Positions 9,981-23,178 are shown, numbered from the stretch's first letter. The stretch: 26,887 nucleotides of DNA from Octopus sinensis (GCF_006345805.1 NW_021836062.1:1-26887), one strand, 5' to 3'. Notes: generated by a model from the sequence alone, not told the origin. Program-made: numbers and translations.

Positions 9981-10254
9981 TTAGTAGACTAACATGGAGA
10001 TTGTCAATGATGCAAACAACGGAATAAGAATAATCAAACCTCGGTATTTCACAAAAGATTCAATTACAAATTCCGAGAACATTTCCGGATGCGACCAGCA
10101 CCTGAAGAAGGCCCGGGGTGGGGACTGTTGTACCCAACCTGGCCTTCATCGATTGCAGAAATTTTGTGACTATAACAATCAAGATGCGGAGACTAAATGA
10201 CTATAATCTCCAGTCAGTAATATTGGTTCCGGATTTTGATACAAGGTCAGTTAT

Positions 10255-10380
10255 TTCGAGGAAGAGGCTAATCGATTATATTGATCCTAGTGATCGAATG
10301 GCACTTATTTTATCGAAAGGATGAAAAGTAAATTAACCTAGGCGGAATTTGAACTCAGAACGTAAAGAAGGACGAAAACG
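10255..10380 (-). mobile_element. Degenerate fragment of the Nin-domain-like SINE
   Basis: Reverse complement TTCTGAGTTCAAATTCCGCCTAGGTTAATTTACTTTTCATCCTTTCGATAAAATAAGTGCC aligns with the units at 11633-12170. Confidence 0.7.
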
Positions 10381-10789
10381 AAGGGAGTGGCAAGAGTAAA
10401 GGTGGGAGACAACTTTGACGTAGATGATGTCGGTGTTTTGGTAGAAACGGATAGTTACGTCAAATTGAAGGAGGTCTTCATAAAGAACATAAAACTGGAC
10501 AATTGGTGTCGGTTACTGGAGTACCCACCTCCCATAATAGAATATAAGAAACCTGAAAGGAAAAATGCATTATTTTTGAAAATAATTTATGAAAAAGGGA
10601 AAAGAACTGTCGAAAATTCTATTGTAATTCATTTATGAAAAAAGGAAAAAAACTGTCGAAATTTAACCACTCGACTTTGGGGATCGAGTGAGCATTCCGC
10701 TTCATTATTATATCTTTTCATATTTCATTCGATTTCTTTAATTTCTTCGACTTAATTCATCCTTTTTTGTATTTTAAGTTCCCCGAGTT

Positions 10790-10840
10790 TATGTTTGTAT
10801 TGTTCCATCTATGTATAGTCCCTTGTGGGTAATAAAAAAA
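10790..10840 (+). repeat. Solo copy of the SINE/LINE shared 3' tail
   Basis: TTGTATTGTTCCATCTATGTATAGTCCCTTGTGGGTAATAAA aligns with 11769-11813 and the reverse complement of 16882-16928. Confidence 0.65.
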
Positions 10841-10967
10841 ATCAATTTTACAACTATACTGAGGATTTATCTGATATTGATTTCCTAATATTAATGATAT
10901 ATTATTAAAAATATATATATATGTATATACATACATATATCCTTTAAGGATTTAAGGATATATGTAC

Positions 10968-11017
<50 letters not shown>

Positions 11018-11019
11018 AG

Positions 11020-11557
11020 CATCTAATATAGGATAGAATTTTTCGAAAAAAATTCTGTCAATGGCCAGCATATTAAAAAATACCTTTAAAGGTTAAATTT
11101 ATAAACAATTTATAAGTAAGGGCAAAAGAAAAAAATTCTAATGGCAAAATATGCCGAAAATAGACCTACGTCAATAACCATGTAATTTATCACTACAAGC
11201 ACGTATTTCAAAGAAAGCCGACAGAAATTTCTTTAAAAATTCCGTTATTACCATATCGAACCCGATTTCAGAGTTAGTTCATAAGAACCTTCGCTTCATC
11301 AGTGATAAATGCGGTAAAGAAATAAGTGAAATACTTACTTATACCCATGGAAGAAGCGAGCACTAAGAAACGAGCACAATTAAGTACCCCAAATATATCC
11401 AAAATAGAAATTCTCAAGCACACCTCGAGACGCGTGCGATTCGAACCGAAAAGCTCTCGTAAAGTGCGAGTGTCCGGAAGTGAACACTTTTAAATTAACA
11501 TCTAATATAGGATAGAATATTTCGAAAAAAATTCTATCAATGGCCAGCATATTAAAA
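11020..11557 (-). mobile_element. Terminally redundant HHR-bearing element (PLE pLTR or retrozyme-like)
   Basis: 59-bp direct repeats at 11020-11078 and 11499-11557 (2 mismatches, period 479) with an internal HHR. Confidence 0.7.
11255..11306 (-). ncRNA. Hammerhead ribozyme, near-intact
   Basis: AUCA-CUGAUGA-AG(CGAA)GGUUC(UUAU)GAACU(AACU)CU-GAAA-UCGGG-UU-CGAU. Core intact; one A.C mismatch at the base of stem I and a U.G pair in stem III. Confidence 0.6.
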
Positions 11558-11583
11558 TATGCTTCTCAATATTCTTCACTCTT

Positions 11584-12170
11584 AAGGCGGCGAGCTGGCA
11601 GAAACGTTAGCACGCCGGGCGAAATGCTTAGCGGTATTTCGTCTGCGTTACGTTGTGAGTTCAAATTCCGCCGAGGTCGACTTTGCCTTTCATCCTTTCG
11701 GGGTCGATAAATTAAGTACCAGTTACGAACTGGGGTCGATGTAATCGACTTAATACATATGTCTGTCATTGTTTGTTCCCTCTATGTTTAGCCCCTTGTG
11801 GGTAATAAAGAAATAGGTATTTCGTCTGTCGCTACGTTCTGAGTTCAAATTCCGCCGAGGTCAACTTTACCTTTCATCCTTTCGGACTCGATTAAATAAG
11901 TACCAGTTACGCTCTGGGGTCGATATAACCCAGTTAATCCGATTTTCTGTCCTTGTTTTCCTCTCTGTGTTTAGCCCCTTGTAGGTAGTAAAAGAAATAG
12001 GTATTTCGTCTGTCTACGTTCTGAGTTCAAATTCCGCCGAGGTCGATTTTCCTGTCATCGTTTCAGAGTCGATAACTTAAGTACCAGTTACGCACTGGGG
12101 TCGATCTTATCGACTGCCCCCCACCCCAAAAAATTCCAGGCCTTGTGCCTAGAGTAGAAAAGAAATTTCT
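11584..12170 (+). mobile_element. tRNA-derived SINE with Nin-domain-like body in three tandem units
   Basis: A box TGGCAGAAACGTTAG and B box GAGTTCAAATTCC. The body CTTTGCCTTTCATCCTTTCGGGGTCGATAAATTAAGTACC repeats with unit starts at 11633, 11816 and 12000. Confidence 0.82.
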
Positions 12171-12249
12171 CCACTTTTCTCTCATCGGGTTGCATTGAAA
12201 AGCTTCCACTTTTCCGCAAAATTACGAGCACAGTAGGTGCAGTGTGCAT

Positions 12250-12336
12250 GTATATATATGTGTGTGTGTGTGTATGTGTGTGTGAACGATTTTCTGTGTG
12301 CGCGGGAGCACACATTAGCAAGTAGAAGATGAAGAA

Positions 12337-12380
<44 letters not shown>

Positions 12381-12551
12381 GCTACACACAGAAAAGTTAG
12401 AAAACTATAGTTCAACTACGTTAATGCGACGTCTTGCATAAATATTCACACACACACACACACATGCACACACATATATATATGTACACATGTACATATG
12501 TATATGTATGTGTACGTGTATGTATGCGTATGCATATATACACAATGCGTG

Positions 12552-12586
<35 letters not shown>

Positions 12587-13492
12587 ATACATACTTATAC
12601 ATACATACTTATACATATATAAGTATATTAATATATATATTTATATATGTGTATATACATATATACATACATACTTATACATTATAAGTATATTAATATA
12701 TATATTTATATATGTGTATATACATATATACATACATACTTATACATTATAAGTATATTAATATATATATTTATATATGTGTATATACATATATACATAC
12801 ATATACATACATAAGTATATTAATATATAATCACAGATACATGCACACACACTCACATACATATATATAAAGATAGATAGATGCATACATACATACATAC
12901 ATACATACACACACCCATAGATACATACATACATACACACACATACATACCTACATACACACACACACACATACATACATACATACATACATACATACAT
13001 ACATACATACATACATGCATACATACATGCATACATACATGCATACATATATATAATATTTATACATGCACATTTATATAAATATGCACAAGCATACATA
13101 CACGCATACTCACACACAAACTCACACACACACATATATATATACATGTTGGTTTGTACGTATTAATTAATATAAGTATGCATACATCTACGTATGAAAG
13201 AATGCGTGTGTAAGTAATACCGATTTTTGAAACGCACAAATGCCTCCGGATATTGCCTTCGCCTCATTGCACTTTTTGCACACACGCAGTTGTCGACATT
13301 TGCACAATATTGCATGAATACTTGTTTGTTTTTTTCATATACGCAGAAGTCTACACACTTGCAACACAAGCGTGCAGATGTATATTGAGCGGTGTTTGTG
13401 GTTTTACACCATAACTCAGAAAAAGTCTGTGTATTGTATATATGTATATACATATGCATGTATATATATGTGTGTGCGTGTGCATATATATA

Positions 13493-13541
<49 letters not shown>

Positions 13542-13762
13542 GCATATACATACACACACATAAATATATGTATGTATATATATATATACATTCATATACA
13601 CATACATATGTAAGTGTACGTATATATGTATGTATGTATGTATGAACGTCTATATATTATATATATGTATATATATATATGTATGTACGTATATATATAT
13701 GTATGTATGTATATATATATATATGTATGTATATATATATACGTACATATATATGTATATAT

Positions 13763-13793
<31 letters not shown>

Positions 13794-13860
13794 GTATACA
13801 ATATATATATATAATATATAAGTATATATATATATATAAGCATTTATGTATGCATATGTG

Positions 13861-13891
<31 letters not shown>

Positions 13892-14461
13892 TATTTATAT
13901 ATATATATATATATATATATGCGCATGTGTATGTATAATTCATTTTTACATACGCATACACGTATTGTAAAATTTGTAAAATTGTGTTTGCAGAGGAGAT
14001 ATAGTAAGATATATACGCATATATACGAGCATGGTGCGTGCATGCATATATACATATGCATTCACGTACACACACACACGTACATACACACGTATATGCA
14101 AGCATATACATAATATATATATATATGTTATGCATATATATATGCATAACATATAGCTATAGATGTGTGTATATATTCTACATATGTGTGTCTGTATACA
14201 TTATGCATATATTTGTGTGTCTGTATGTGTGGGGGACACACACACTCACACACACATAAGTATATATGTGCGCTATACATGTATTTATATGAGGATATGC
14301 GTATGCATCTATGTATGTTAACGATTTTTAAAACAAATTAACGCCTCGGGTTATTTCCCTTGCACTTTTAGAAATTCTACGCGCGCAAAGTAACCCGCAT
14401 TTTTACATTTTTGCATAATATACATAAATGTTCTTTTCAAATATCCTTATATATATGTATA

Positions 14462-14525
<64 letters not shown>

Positions 14526-15248
14526 TATATTATATATATGTGTGTGTGTGTGTGTGTGTGGTGTGTGTGTGTGTCTGTATGTATGTATTGTTATATATAT
14601 ATATATATATATATATACATTGTTATGCTTACTATAATGTTTTTGATATTTCATTCAAATTTCCATTACTCTAAATGTCACAATGGCTCACATATTCTGA
14701 ATCAATATTTCACCATTATCCAATAACTTTCTGTTATACTACGTAATTCAACAAGCGATTGTTATGATATTCAAATATTTTCACTGCACGTTCATTTTAT
14801 ATATCACATTTTACGTTCTGTTCTTTTGTAATCGTTTGGAAATCGGCAACGTGATACACAAAGTTACGCGTTTCGTGTGTTTCATCTGTTAGCGGATAAT
14901 ACATTATTATCTGTATTCAGTATTTCATTTTCTTTGTTTTGTTCAGTTTGTTTATATGTACTTACGTGTTCACACACAGGCACGCTCACACTCTCATTCA
15001 CACACACATACACTAACACAGACATACACTCATACACAGACAGTGACACACATACATATACCTACACAGTCATAGACGCACTCTCTTACACACACACACA
15101 CACCACAAATACACACACGCGCGCGCATGCACAAATACAAAAATACATTCACACACATACTTACACATACGCACACAGACTTACACATACACATTCTCTC
15201 TCTCCCTCTCTCTTTGTCTGTCTTTCTCTCTCTCTCCCTCTCTCTTTG

Positions 15249-15309
<61 letters not shown>

Positions 15310-15439
15310 AGCAGACACTTTGTAGAGAATAAGATAAAAGAGCTTACAGCAATGTATCGATGTTTATAATTGTGAGATTGTGTGTGTATGTGTGTGTGCG
15401 TGTGTGTGTATCTATGTGTGTGTGTGTATGCGTGTGTGC

Positions 15440-15472
<33 letters not shown>

Positions 15473-15553
15473 CGTGTGTTTGTGTGTGTTTGTGTATGTG
15501 TGCGTGTGTGGGTGTGTGTGTGTGTATTTGTGGTGTGTGTGTGTGTGTGTGTA
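12250..15553. repeat. Long compound microsatellite/low-complexity region with short unique islands
   Basis: (TG)n, (CA)n, (TA)n, (CATA)n and (CT)n tracts; nearly all ORFs here are repeat translations. Confidence 0.9.
12598..12830. repeat. ~65-bp minisatellite, ~3.5 copies
   Basis: AAGTATATTA recurs at 12621, 12686, 12751 and 12813. Confidence 0.85.
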
Positions 15554-15883
15554 CATGAAAGAGTCTTTGAGCTGTAGTGACTTCCAAATGAACCGATTCT
15601 GTTTAATACATTCCATTTCTGGTTCAACAGGTTCACTTTCATTTGCCACACGTACCTGCGATTTACAGCAGAGTTCTAAATGGAATGAGATTAGCTTTGC
15701 CATTTAAACACGTTTTAAGGTACGACACGTGACCCTATTCGCGCCTTTTCATCGTCGTCACGTTCTCGATCTATTAAACGTATGCTGTGCAAGCATTGTG
15801 TTACGTACAGAATACGCTGACGATTGAACAAACATTGAATATATGGGTAGTTACAAGAACTGGGAAGCGAATGGTCTTTTACG

Positions 15884-16293
15884 CTTTTACTCTTTTACTT
15901 GTTTCAGTCATTTGACTGCGGCCATGCTGGAGCACCGCCTTTAATCGAGCAACTCGACCCCGGGACTTATTCTTTTGTAAGCCCAGTACTTATTCTATCG
16001 GTCTCTTTTTGCCGAACCGCTAAGTAACGGGGACATAAACACACCAACATCGGTTGTCAAGCAATGCTAGGGGGACAACCACAGACACACAAACACACAC
16101 ACATACATATATATATATATACATATATACGACGGGCTTCTTTCAGTTTCCGTCTACCAAATCCACTCACAAGGCTTTGGTCGGCCCGAGGCTATAGTAG
16201 AAGACACTTGCCCAAGGTGCCACGCAGTGGGACTGAACCCAGAACCATGTGGTTGGTAAACAAGCTACTTACCACACAGCCACTCCCGCGCCT
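15884..16293 (-). mobile_element. Full-length tRNA/CORE-like SINE with internal (CA)/(TA) tract
   Basis: Minus head GGCGCGGGAGTGGCTGTGTGGT...GGGTTCAGTCCC, CORE-like GCACCTTGGGCAAGTGTCTT, 3' end GACTGAAACAAG followed by TAAAAGAG-type repeats. Homologous to 23822-24208. Confidence 0.85.
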
Positions 16294-16709
16294 ATAAAAG
16301 AATAAATTGTGTTCGAAAATTATAGTCAAAATTTAAATACAAACTGGTGTAAGACTGGTGTCTTGTGGAAGATCAAGATACAAATTAGTTTTTAACTGGT
16401 TCTTCCTCCAAATATAATGTTGTAGACAACAAACCTCGAACAGGAAATGCTGACAATCAATGTCTGTTTAAACAATATTTTTAGGGAATTTCACATTTCC
16501 ATAGTTCAGAGGTTTGTGAGTTCCTCTTGTGCACGTTCTTTATTCATGAGAAGTTTTTCAATAAAATTAGTTTTGAAATGGCTGTAAGAAAATTATCGAG
16601 TATTTTCTGAAATGAAGAATGGAGGAAACTGAAGTGAACAGTGCCTATGTCTTCGGGTTTTACTTGAGTGCTGGATGAGGGAATGAAATAAAATCACCGA
16701 TAGCAAGGT

Positions 16710-16868
<159 letters not shown>

Positions 16869-17162
16869 GAAAGAGATAACTTTCTTTATTGGCCACACAA
16901 GGCTGAACATAGAGGGAACAATTACAAATGTAGAGCTTTTCTTTTTGAAAATGAAAAAGAAATGGGGGAAAATGAGAAAAAAAAGTAAAATTCCGATCAA
17001 AAGAGATCGGGGGGAAAAAGCGATCAAAAGGGATCGTGTATCACAGAAGGAAATTTTTTAAAAAGTAAGAAACAAGATTAGGTTTATCCGTGGAAAGAAA
17101 AGCCTACGGAAAAGACCATGGTAACCTCAGGCAGGAAAGAAATAAACACATGAGAGCAAAGT

Positions 17163-17163
<1 letters not shown>

Positions 17164-17240
<77 letters not shown>
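17164..17240. repeat. (CT)n microsatellite inside the LINE 3' UTR
   Basis: Direct reading. Confidence 0.95.
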
Positions 17241-17246
<6 letters not shown>

Positions 17247-17249
17247 GAT

Positions 17250-20200
17250 TTACAGGATCATGCTCAAAGTGGTTTCGTCACTCGCACGCACCATCTTTGT
17301 TGCATTCACCCACCTTTTTTGAAACTTTCACGAGACAAAACCTGCCTCTCCCTTCTCACCTTTCTTTTCAAGTGGTACTTGAAAAAGTTGACGAGCGATT
17401 GGCCAGAGAGGTAAGTGTTTGTCTCTAATCCTTTCGCTCGAGTCCACCACACACATTCTTTTACCATAGCCACCAGTACGATGAAGACTACCTTGCCTTC
17501 CCGGTTAAGGGAAGGGGGCAGTGCAATTTTCACGATAGACTCGGCCGACAGGTGGACTCGTCCCACACGAGACAGCAGCCGTTCGGCATAAAAGCCCACA
17601 GGTCCGAAATGGATGGACACTGCACTAGTGCGTGCAGAACGGTTTCTTCGCTCTGACCGCATCTCGGGCAAGTCGGTCCGCTGTGTCTCGAACCGTGCCT
17701 GTAGAGCTTATCCCGGACAGGTAATGCTTCTCGATAGCACTGCCAGGCCAGGGATATTTAGTGATTGTCCGTAGGTCCCGGCCTGAAAGTTGTCCTGAAC
17801 TAGCGGGTCAGGTGTCCTTCGTCGACGCCCAGATTCTGCCTCCCCTCCACTAATCCTATATAGAACGCCTTTGTTGTAATGAAGTCGCACAAATTTGGTC
17901 CCGGACGGCAGAGTTGCTTAAGAACAAGGTGACACTCGCGGTACCATTCGCCTAGCCTCGGTCTCTGTTTGATCCACGACTGCAGTTCGGCCAAGGAGAC
18001 GAGCTGCGGGAAAGCGCGCCGCACAAACGGCGACCACACCTGTTCACCGTCGTCTATGAAGCGCCGTAGTGTCAGCGCATGTCTGCGCATCATCAACCAC
18101 AGCATGTCTAGCCCTCTATTTAGCTGGTGTTGCCGGCAAATGAATCGCCTAACCATCGAAACGCTTCCCTTCCACAAGAAGCGGAAGAGTATGCGTTCCA
18201 GTTTGGTGATGGTAGGGTCGGGACAAGGCACAACGGTCAGACGGTACTTGATGACGGATGCGATGTACGCGTTCACTCGACCTTTTAAGATAGCTTCCTC
18301 TCAGACCATTGTTGGGTGAGTGGCCACCCTTGTCGTTATTTCCCCCACTTCTCCATTTGGAGGTCCGGACCGAACCAGACCCCGAGCAATTTAACCGGTC
18401 CGTCCGTCCAGCGTCCCACGATGGAGACGCTGTTGGACGGTATGGGCCTGCTTCTCCAGGCGCCGAGCCGCAAATCCCCTGACTTTTCCCGGTTAACTTT
18501 TGCTCCCGTTACCGCTTCGTATCCTTTTAGTGTCTCGCCTATCATCTGGATGTGTTTGTCGCTCGACACTATGACGGTGACGTCGTCTGCGTATGCAGAC
18601 ACGCTCCTCCCGCATCCCAGCTCCCGTTGGATGCCCCTCAACGTCGCCAGTTTCCGCAGTAGTGGCTCAAGAGTCAATACATACAAAAGCGACGAGAGGG
18701 GGCATCCTTGACGAACCGGACACATGATGTTAAATGGTCTGGATAGATGACCATTAACACGAACTACCGATCGGATTCCGCTGTATAAGGCAGCGATCCA
18801 ACCGCAGAAAATAGGACAGAAACCAGCCACTTTAAGTACAGCCTCCAAGTAGTGATGGTCTACCCTATCGAAAGCTTTTGATTGATTGAAATTGATCAGC
18901 GCCCCACCCATGCCAGGTTCCTTAACTACCCTGTCTATGATGTAGCGCATCAGATGGAGGTTGTCATGGATACTCCTACCCGGCATGGCGTATGTTTGTG
19001 CTTTGCCTACTAGTTTCTCGATGCCAAGCGCCAACCTCTCGGCTACATTTTCAAATCTGCGTTGAGCAGAGTGATGGGCCTGAAGTTATCTACGACGTTC
19101 TCCTTGTTTGGATCTTTCTTTAGCAGTACCACCGCTCCTTGCTTTACAAAGACGGGGATACTCCCGTTTTACTGCCAGTTGCCGTAGACAGCTGCCAAGA
19201 TGCCTCTAAACAAGTCTGGAATATGACAGGCCATGCAGGTAAGCAGACCATGCAGGTAGGCACTAAAGTCCACTCTGAGTTCCAACCCACCACTTGTCCT
19301 GAACAGTAGGGCAAAGTGTTGTTGAAAGACCTCACACATCCTTTCAGGCTCGAGTAGTTCACGCCCCTGTTTATCTGTCAGTGATCTAATGGTGGCTCTG
19401 TTGCCTCATTGCGCCTCCGCCACTCGGACCTCTCGGGCGGCTCCAACTCCTTCGTTCCTCAGAGCACGCATCCTAGCTCTAACAACGTTGAAGTGTTGGT
19501 CGAGGGTCAACCTTGCCGTCAGTACGTTGGACGCGATGCCAGTTCTAAGTGCCTCTTCTAATTTCTTAACTAGGTCTCCCTCTGTTCTATTCAGGTCTAA
19601 TGGTAGGGGCCTTACTGTACCTAACCGATTCTGCTTTAATTACTTTCTTTGGGGTATACCACCATCTGTTGTTGATGATAGCACCCGTCAATGTTCTCTT
19701 AACTGATGTGCTAATTCAGTCCCTGGCGTGCCGTGAAAGACGCGTTCAGCTTCCAGTAACCGGGACCTTGTCTATGTGTCTTATCTAAGTTAGGTGTACA
19801 AGTCACAAATTTGTGGTCTATGTAGCTGACTATATGGAATTGTAGACAACCTACACTATCCTTATCTACTGTCCTACAGAATACTCTATCTAAATACGAT
19901 CTGGACGACCCGATGCGGTTGCTCCATGTCCACATTGGCACATTCGAGTGGTCCAGTCGGTACCTGTCAGATAGATGGAAACGTCTGAGCAGGTCTTTGA
20001 GGCATTTGCATCCCCTCCTATTACTATCTCTTCCCATGTAGTCTGGATGCGTGTTCAGGGTAGCGTTCCAAACCCCACCCACACACAGACGCACACACCT
20101 TAAAAGTAAAGGTCGAAACGTTCCTAGGAAAACCTCTAGACGTCGAAAGAAATCTGTCCGGCCTGTTAAGGACGGTGCATAAACTGTTATCAGTCGAAAA

Positions 20201-20328
20201 GCACACCCATTGCTGCCATCGACATCGAAGACGACCAGCCTACCCTCCGGGTCTAGGAAAATTGCTCTTACTTTAAGGTCCAGACTCTTCCGAAGAAGTA
20301 CCGCAGTGCCACCTCAGCCCATTCTCGG
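17250..20328 (-). pseudogene. LINE ORF2 (APE endonuclease + reverse transcriptase), disrupted by frameshifts and stops
   Basis: ORF fragments 19711..20094, 18336..19034, 17800..18276 and 17306..17671 are collinear on the minus strand. Confidence 0.9.
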
Positions 20329-20329
20329 C

Positions 20330-20392
<63 letters not shown>

Positions 20393-20429
20393 CAGATAGA
20401 CAGATAGATAGATAGATAGATAGATAGAC

Positions 20430-20525
<96 letters not shown>
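20329..20525. repeat. (GATA)n microsatellite
   Basis: Direct reading; abuts the LINE 5' truncation point. Confidence 0.97.
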
Positions 20526-20921
20526 GACTTTTCTTATTGGGGATTATTAAATTTTAACAAGTATATATTCAGAGAGAAATTTAAAGAACAGCGACTCGTC
20601 GTTTCTTTTTTTTTTCCTTTCCATTTTGTTATAAACTTACTTTTAAAAGAAGTTTAAATACCTGGCAAGCCACAAAGGGATTTTAAAGGGCTGGTTGTTA
20701 TTTGGTTCCTGTTCTATTGTGTAAAGCAGATGAAAAATAAATTTCCCCTTGGACAACATGTCGGTCTATTACTGAAGATATTCACTAACGAACTTATACA
20801 CATATTTCTAGCAGCTATAAAGTGTTCGACTCGGAAATAGAACGGAATGCCTGCAGTGAATTTGACCAAACATCGTATAACCAGCAACGTGTTTAATACC
20901 TTATCAGTTCAGCCATCTTGC

Positions 20922-20986
<65 letters not shown>

Positions 20987-21880
20987 TACACACACTAATA
21001 CACACACAGATACACACACACATACATACATCACAATTATGAAAACAACGCGATCGAGCAAGTGAAATCCAAATTTAGCAAATCCATTATCACTGAGCTC
21101 TTTGAATAGAATGCAGCAAGAGATTCCACGGAACCCATTAATGCCAAACCTCTCTCAACAGACATTCCTAAATTAAACAAACTCCATTACTGCCAAGTGT
21201 TTTAAAGAAATATTCAGCAAAACCTATCCTCTATTTTGAGTAAATGATTTGAACCTTTCTCTGTTGAGAATAACACTAAAACTTCAAAACTTCTCAAATT
21301 TATTTGCCTGAAATATCTGTAAAAGCAGTTCACTGCACAATCATGCAACCAAGCAGAAGTAAAGATTTGCAACCATCTTGAGAAACGTCGATTCGCTGGT
21401 CAATAGAGTTATAGTCAGCAGTAAAGACAAGCAGCAGGTTAAATCTCAATCAGTGAGTTTCAGCGGTTAAACTATCGTCCTGCCGACCTGCCAACAGCTT
21501 CAGTGCTAATACCTGTCATTACTTGCGAGGGATCTTGCGAACTAACGGAAGGGTCTCCCGGGGACAACGGTGAAACTTTGTAGCCTCCCGAACCAATGAG
21601 GGTATTTTTGCATAGTCTATCTTGCTGGAAATCGAAGCCAAATATCTCTCGAATCACGATTTATCATCTTAAATTGAAGCCACTTTAAATAATATTGTTC
21701 TTGAGACACTGAAAAGAAAATGGTTTGGAAATGGCTGGAACGGTTTCGATTATTAATCTAAATGAATTGTGCTGACCGAACACTAAGCTTTCCAATTGTA
21801 TACAACTTTTTTTCCGTTTCCAGAAGGTACTTCTGGTACTTTTGAATTATGTTCATGATGTGTGTGTGTGTGTGTGTGTG

Positions 21881-21911
<31 letters not shown>

Positions 21912-22082
21912 GTCTATCTGTCTCTGTCTTTCTGTAGCAGCAGCAGCTTCATTCCAGTATCCCTTTAAAATATTTACTTGAGATTTGAACAAGATCAGTC
22001 ATTCATCGCATTCGAAACGTTTTCTCGTCCTGCAGAGAAAGGCTAATCTTTGAAATGCAGATTCAGTGATGGCTGTTCCATC

Positions 22083-22180
22083 TCTCTTTACTCTTTACTC
22101 TTTTACTTGATTCAGTCATGCGACTGCGTCCATGCTGGAGCACCGCCTTTAGTCGAGCAAATCGACCCCGGGGCTTATTC
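22083..22180 (-). mobile_element. 3' fragment of the CORE-like SINE
   Basis: CTTTTACTTGATTCAGTCATGCGACTGCGTCCATGCTGGAGCACCGCCTTTAGTCGAGCAAATCGACCCC matches 15890-15970. Confidence 0.85.
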
Positions 22181-22607
22181 CACATCTGTGGAATTACCAA
22201 GAAGACCGTCATCAGGGATCGCACTTATAAGGAATATGAGGCTTTCAAATGAGCGCCATCCAACGGTTTGTACGATATTCTTTCCTTCATATAAACAACG
22301 GTTGTTTTTGCATTGTTCACTGCGACTAGATTGACATGTTCTAATTAGAGAATACATTAAAGACAGCATGCTCTGTAATTAATCTTGAGATTAATTAATT
22401 AATCAAGTTCACAGAAAGTATAGCATATCTGTCAGAACTTTTGCAGCGGTTTGGGGGTCGGTGACCAAAGTCAAGGTTCACTTCATCCGGCCGTTCATCG
22501 AACAGATTTCATTCAAGTTATATTGCATTGAAAATACACTTTAATTCCAAAGCGAGTTAGCTACTATGTATTTTATCACCAATTTGACAACTATTTTACA
22601 TACAATT

Positions 22608-23119
<512 letters not shown>

Positions 23120-23135
23120 GTATATTATATATGTG

Positions 23136-23166
<31 letters not shown>

Positions 23167-23178
23167 GTGTGTGTGTGT

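Larger units (their letters stand above)
16878..20328 (-). mobile_element. 5'-truncated Tx1/L1-clade LINE (ORF2 remnant + 3' UTR)
   Basis: APE motifs (GRLVVFDV..FRLITVYAP, VWNA, SYLDRVF, DHKFV, GPGYWKLNAS) and RT motifs (GRSIHDN, QSKAFDRVDH, VRQGCPLS, YADD); stop at 17250-17252; 3' UTR ends in AATAAAGAAAG. Confidence 0.92.

Noticed and set aside
10098-10168. CAC-CTGAAGA-AGGCC...GGCCT...GAAATTTTGTG, a possible hammerhead
   Set aside because: Stem II does not end next to GAAA and stem III is not formed; at best a badly decayed relic.
17969-19706. Plus-strand ORFs 17969..18319, 18316..18711, 19389..19706 (also 4831..5046 and 5118..5426)
   Set aside because: Antisense shadows of retroelement ORFs with no independent motif.
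21150-21420. Possible very degraded LINE RT fragment (ITAKCFKE..NLSLL..RPISLVN-like)
   Set aside because: Needs several assumed indels to read; cannot be supported by eye.
21808-21835. TTTTTTCCGTTTCCAG-AAG-GTACTT as a 3-nt microexon
   Set aside because: Weak donor and no gene context; such strings arise by chance.
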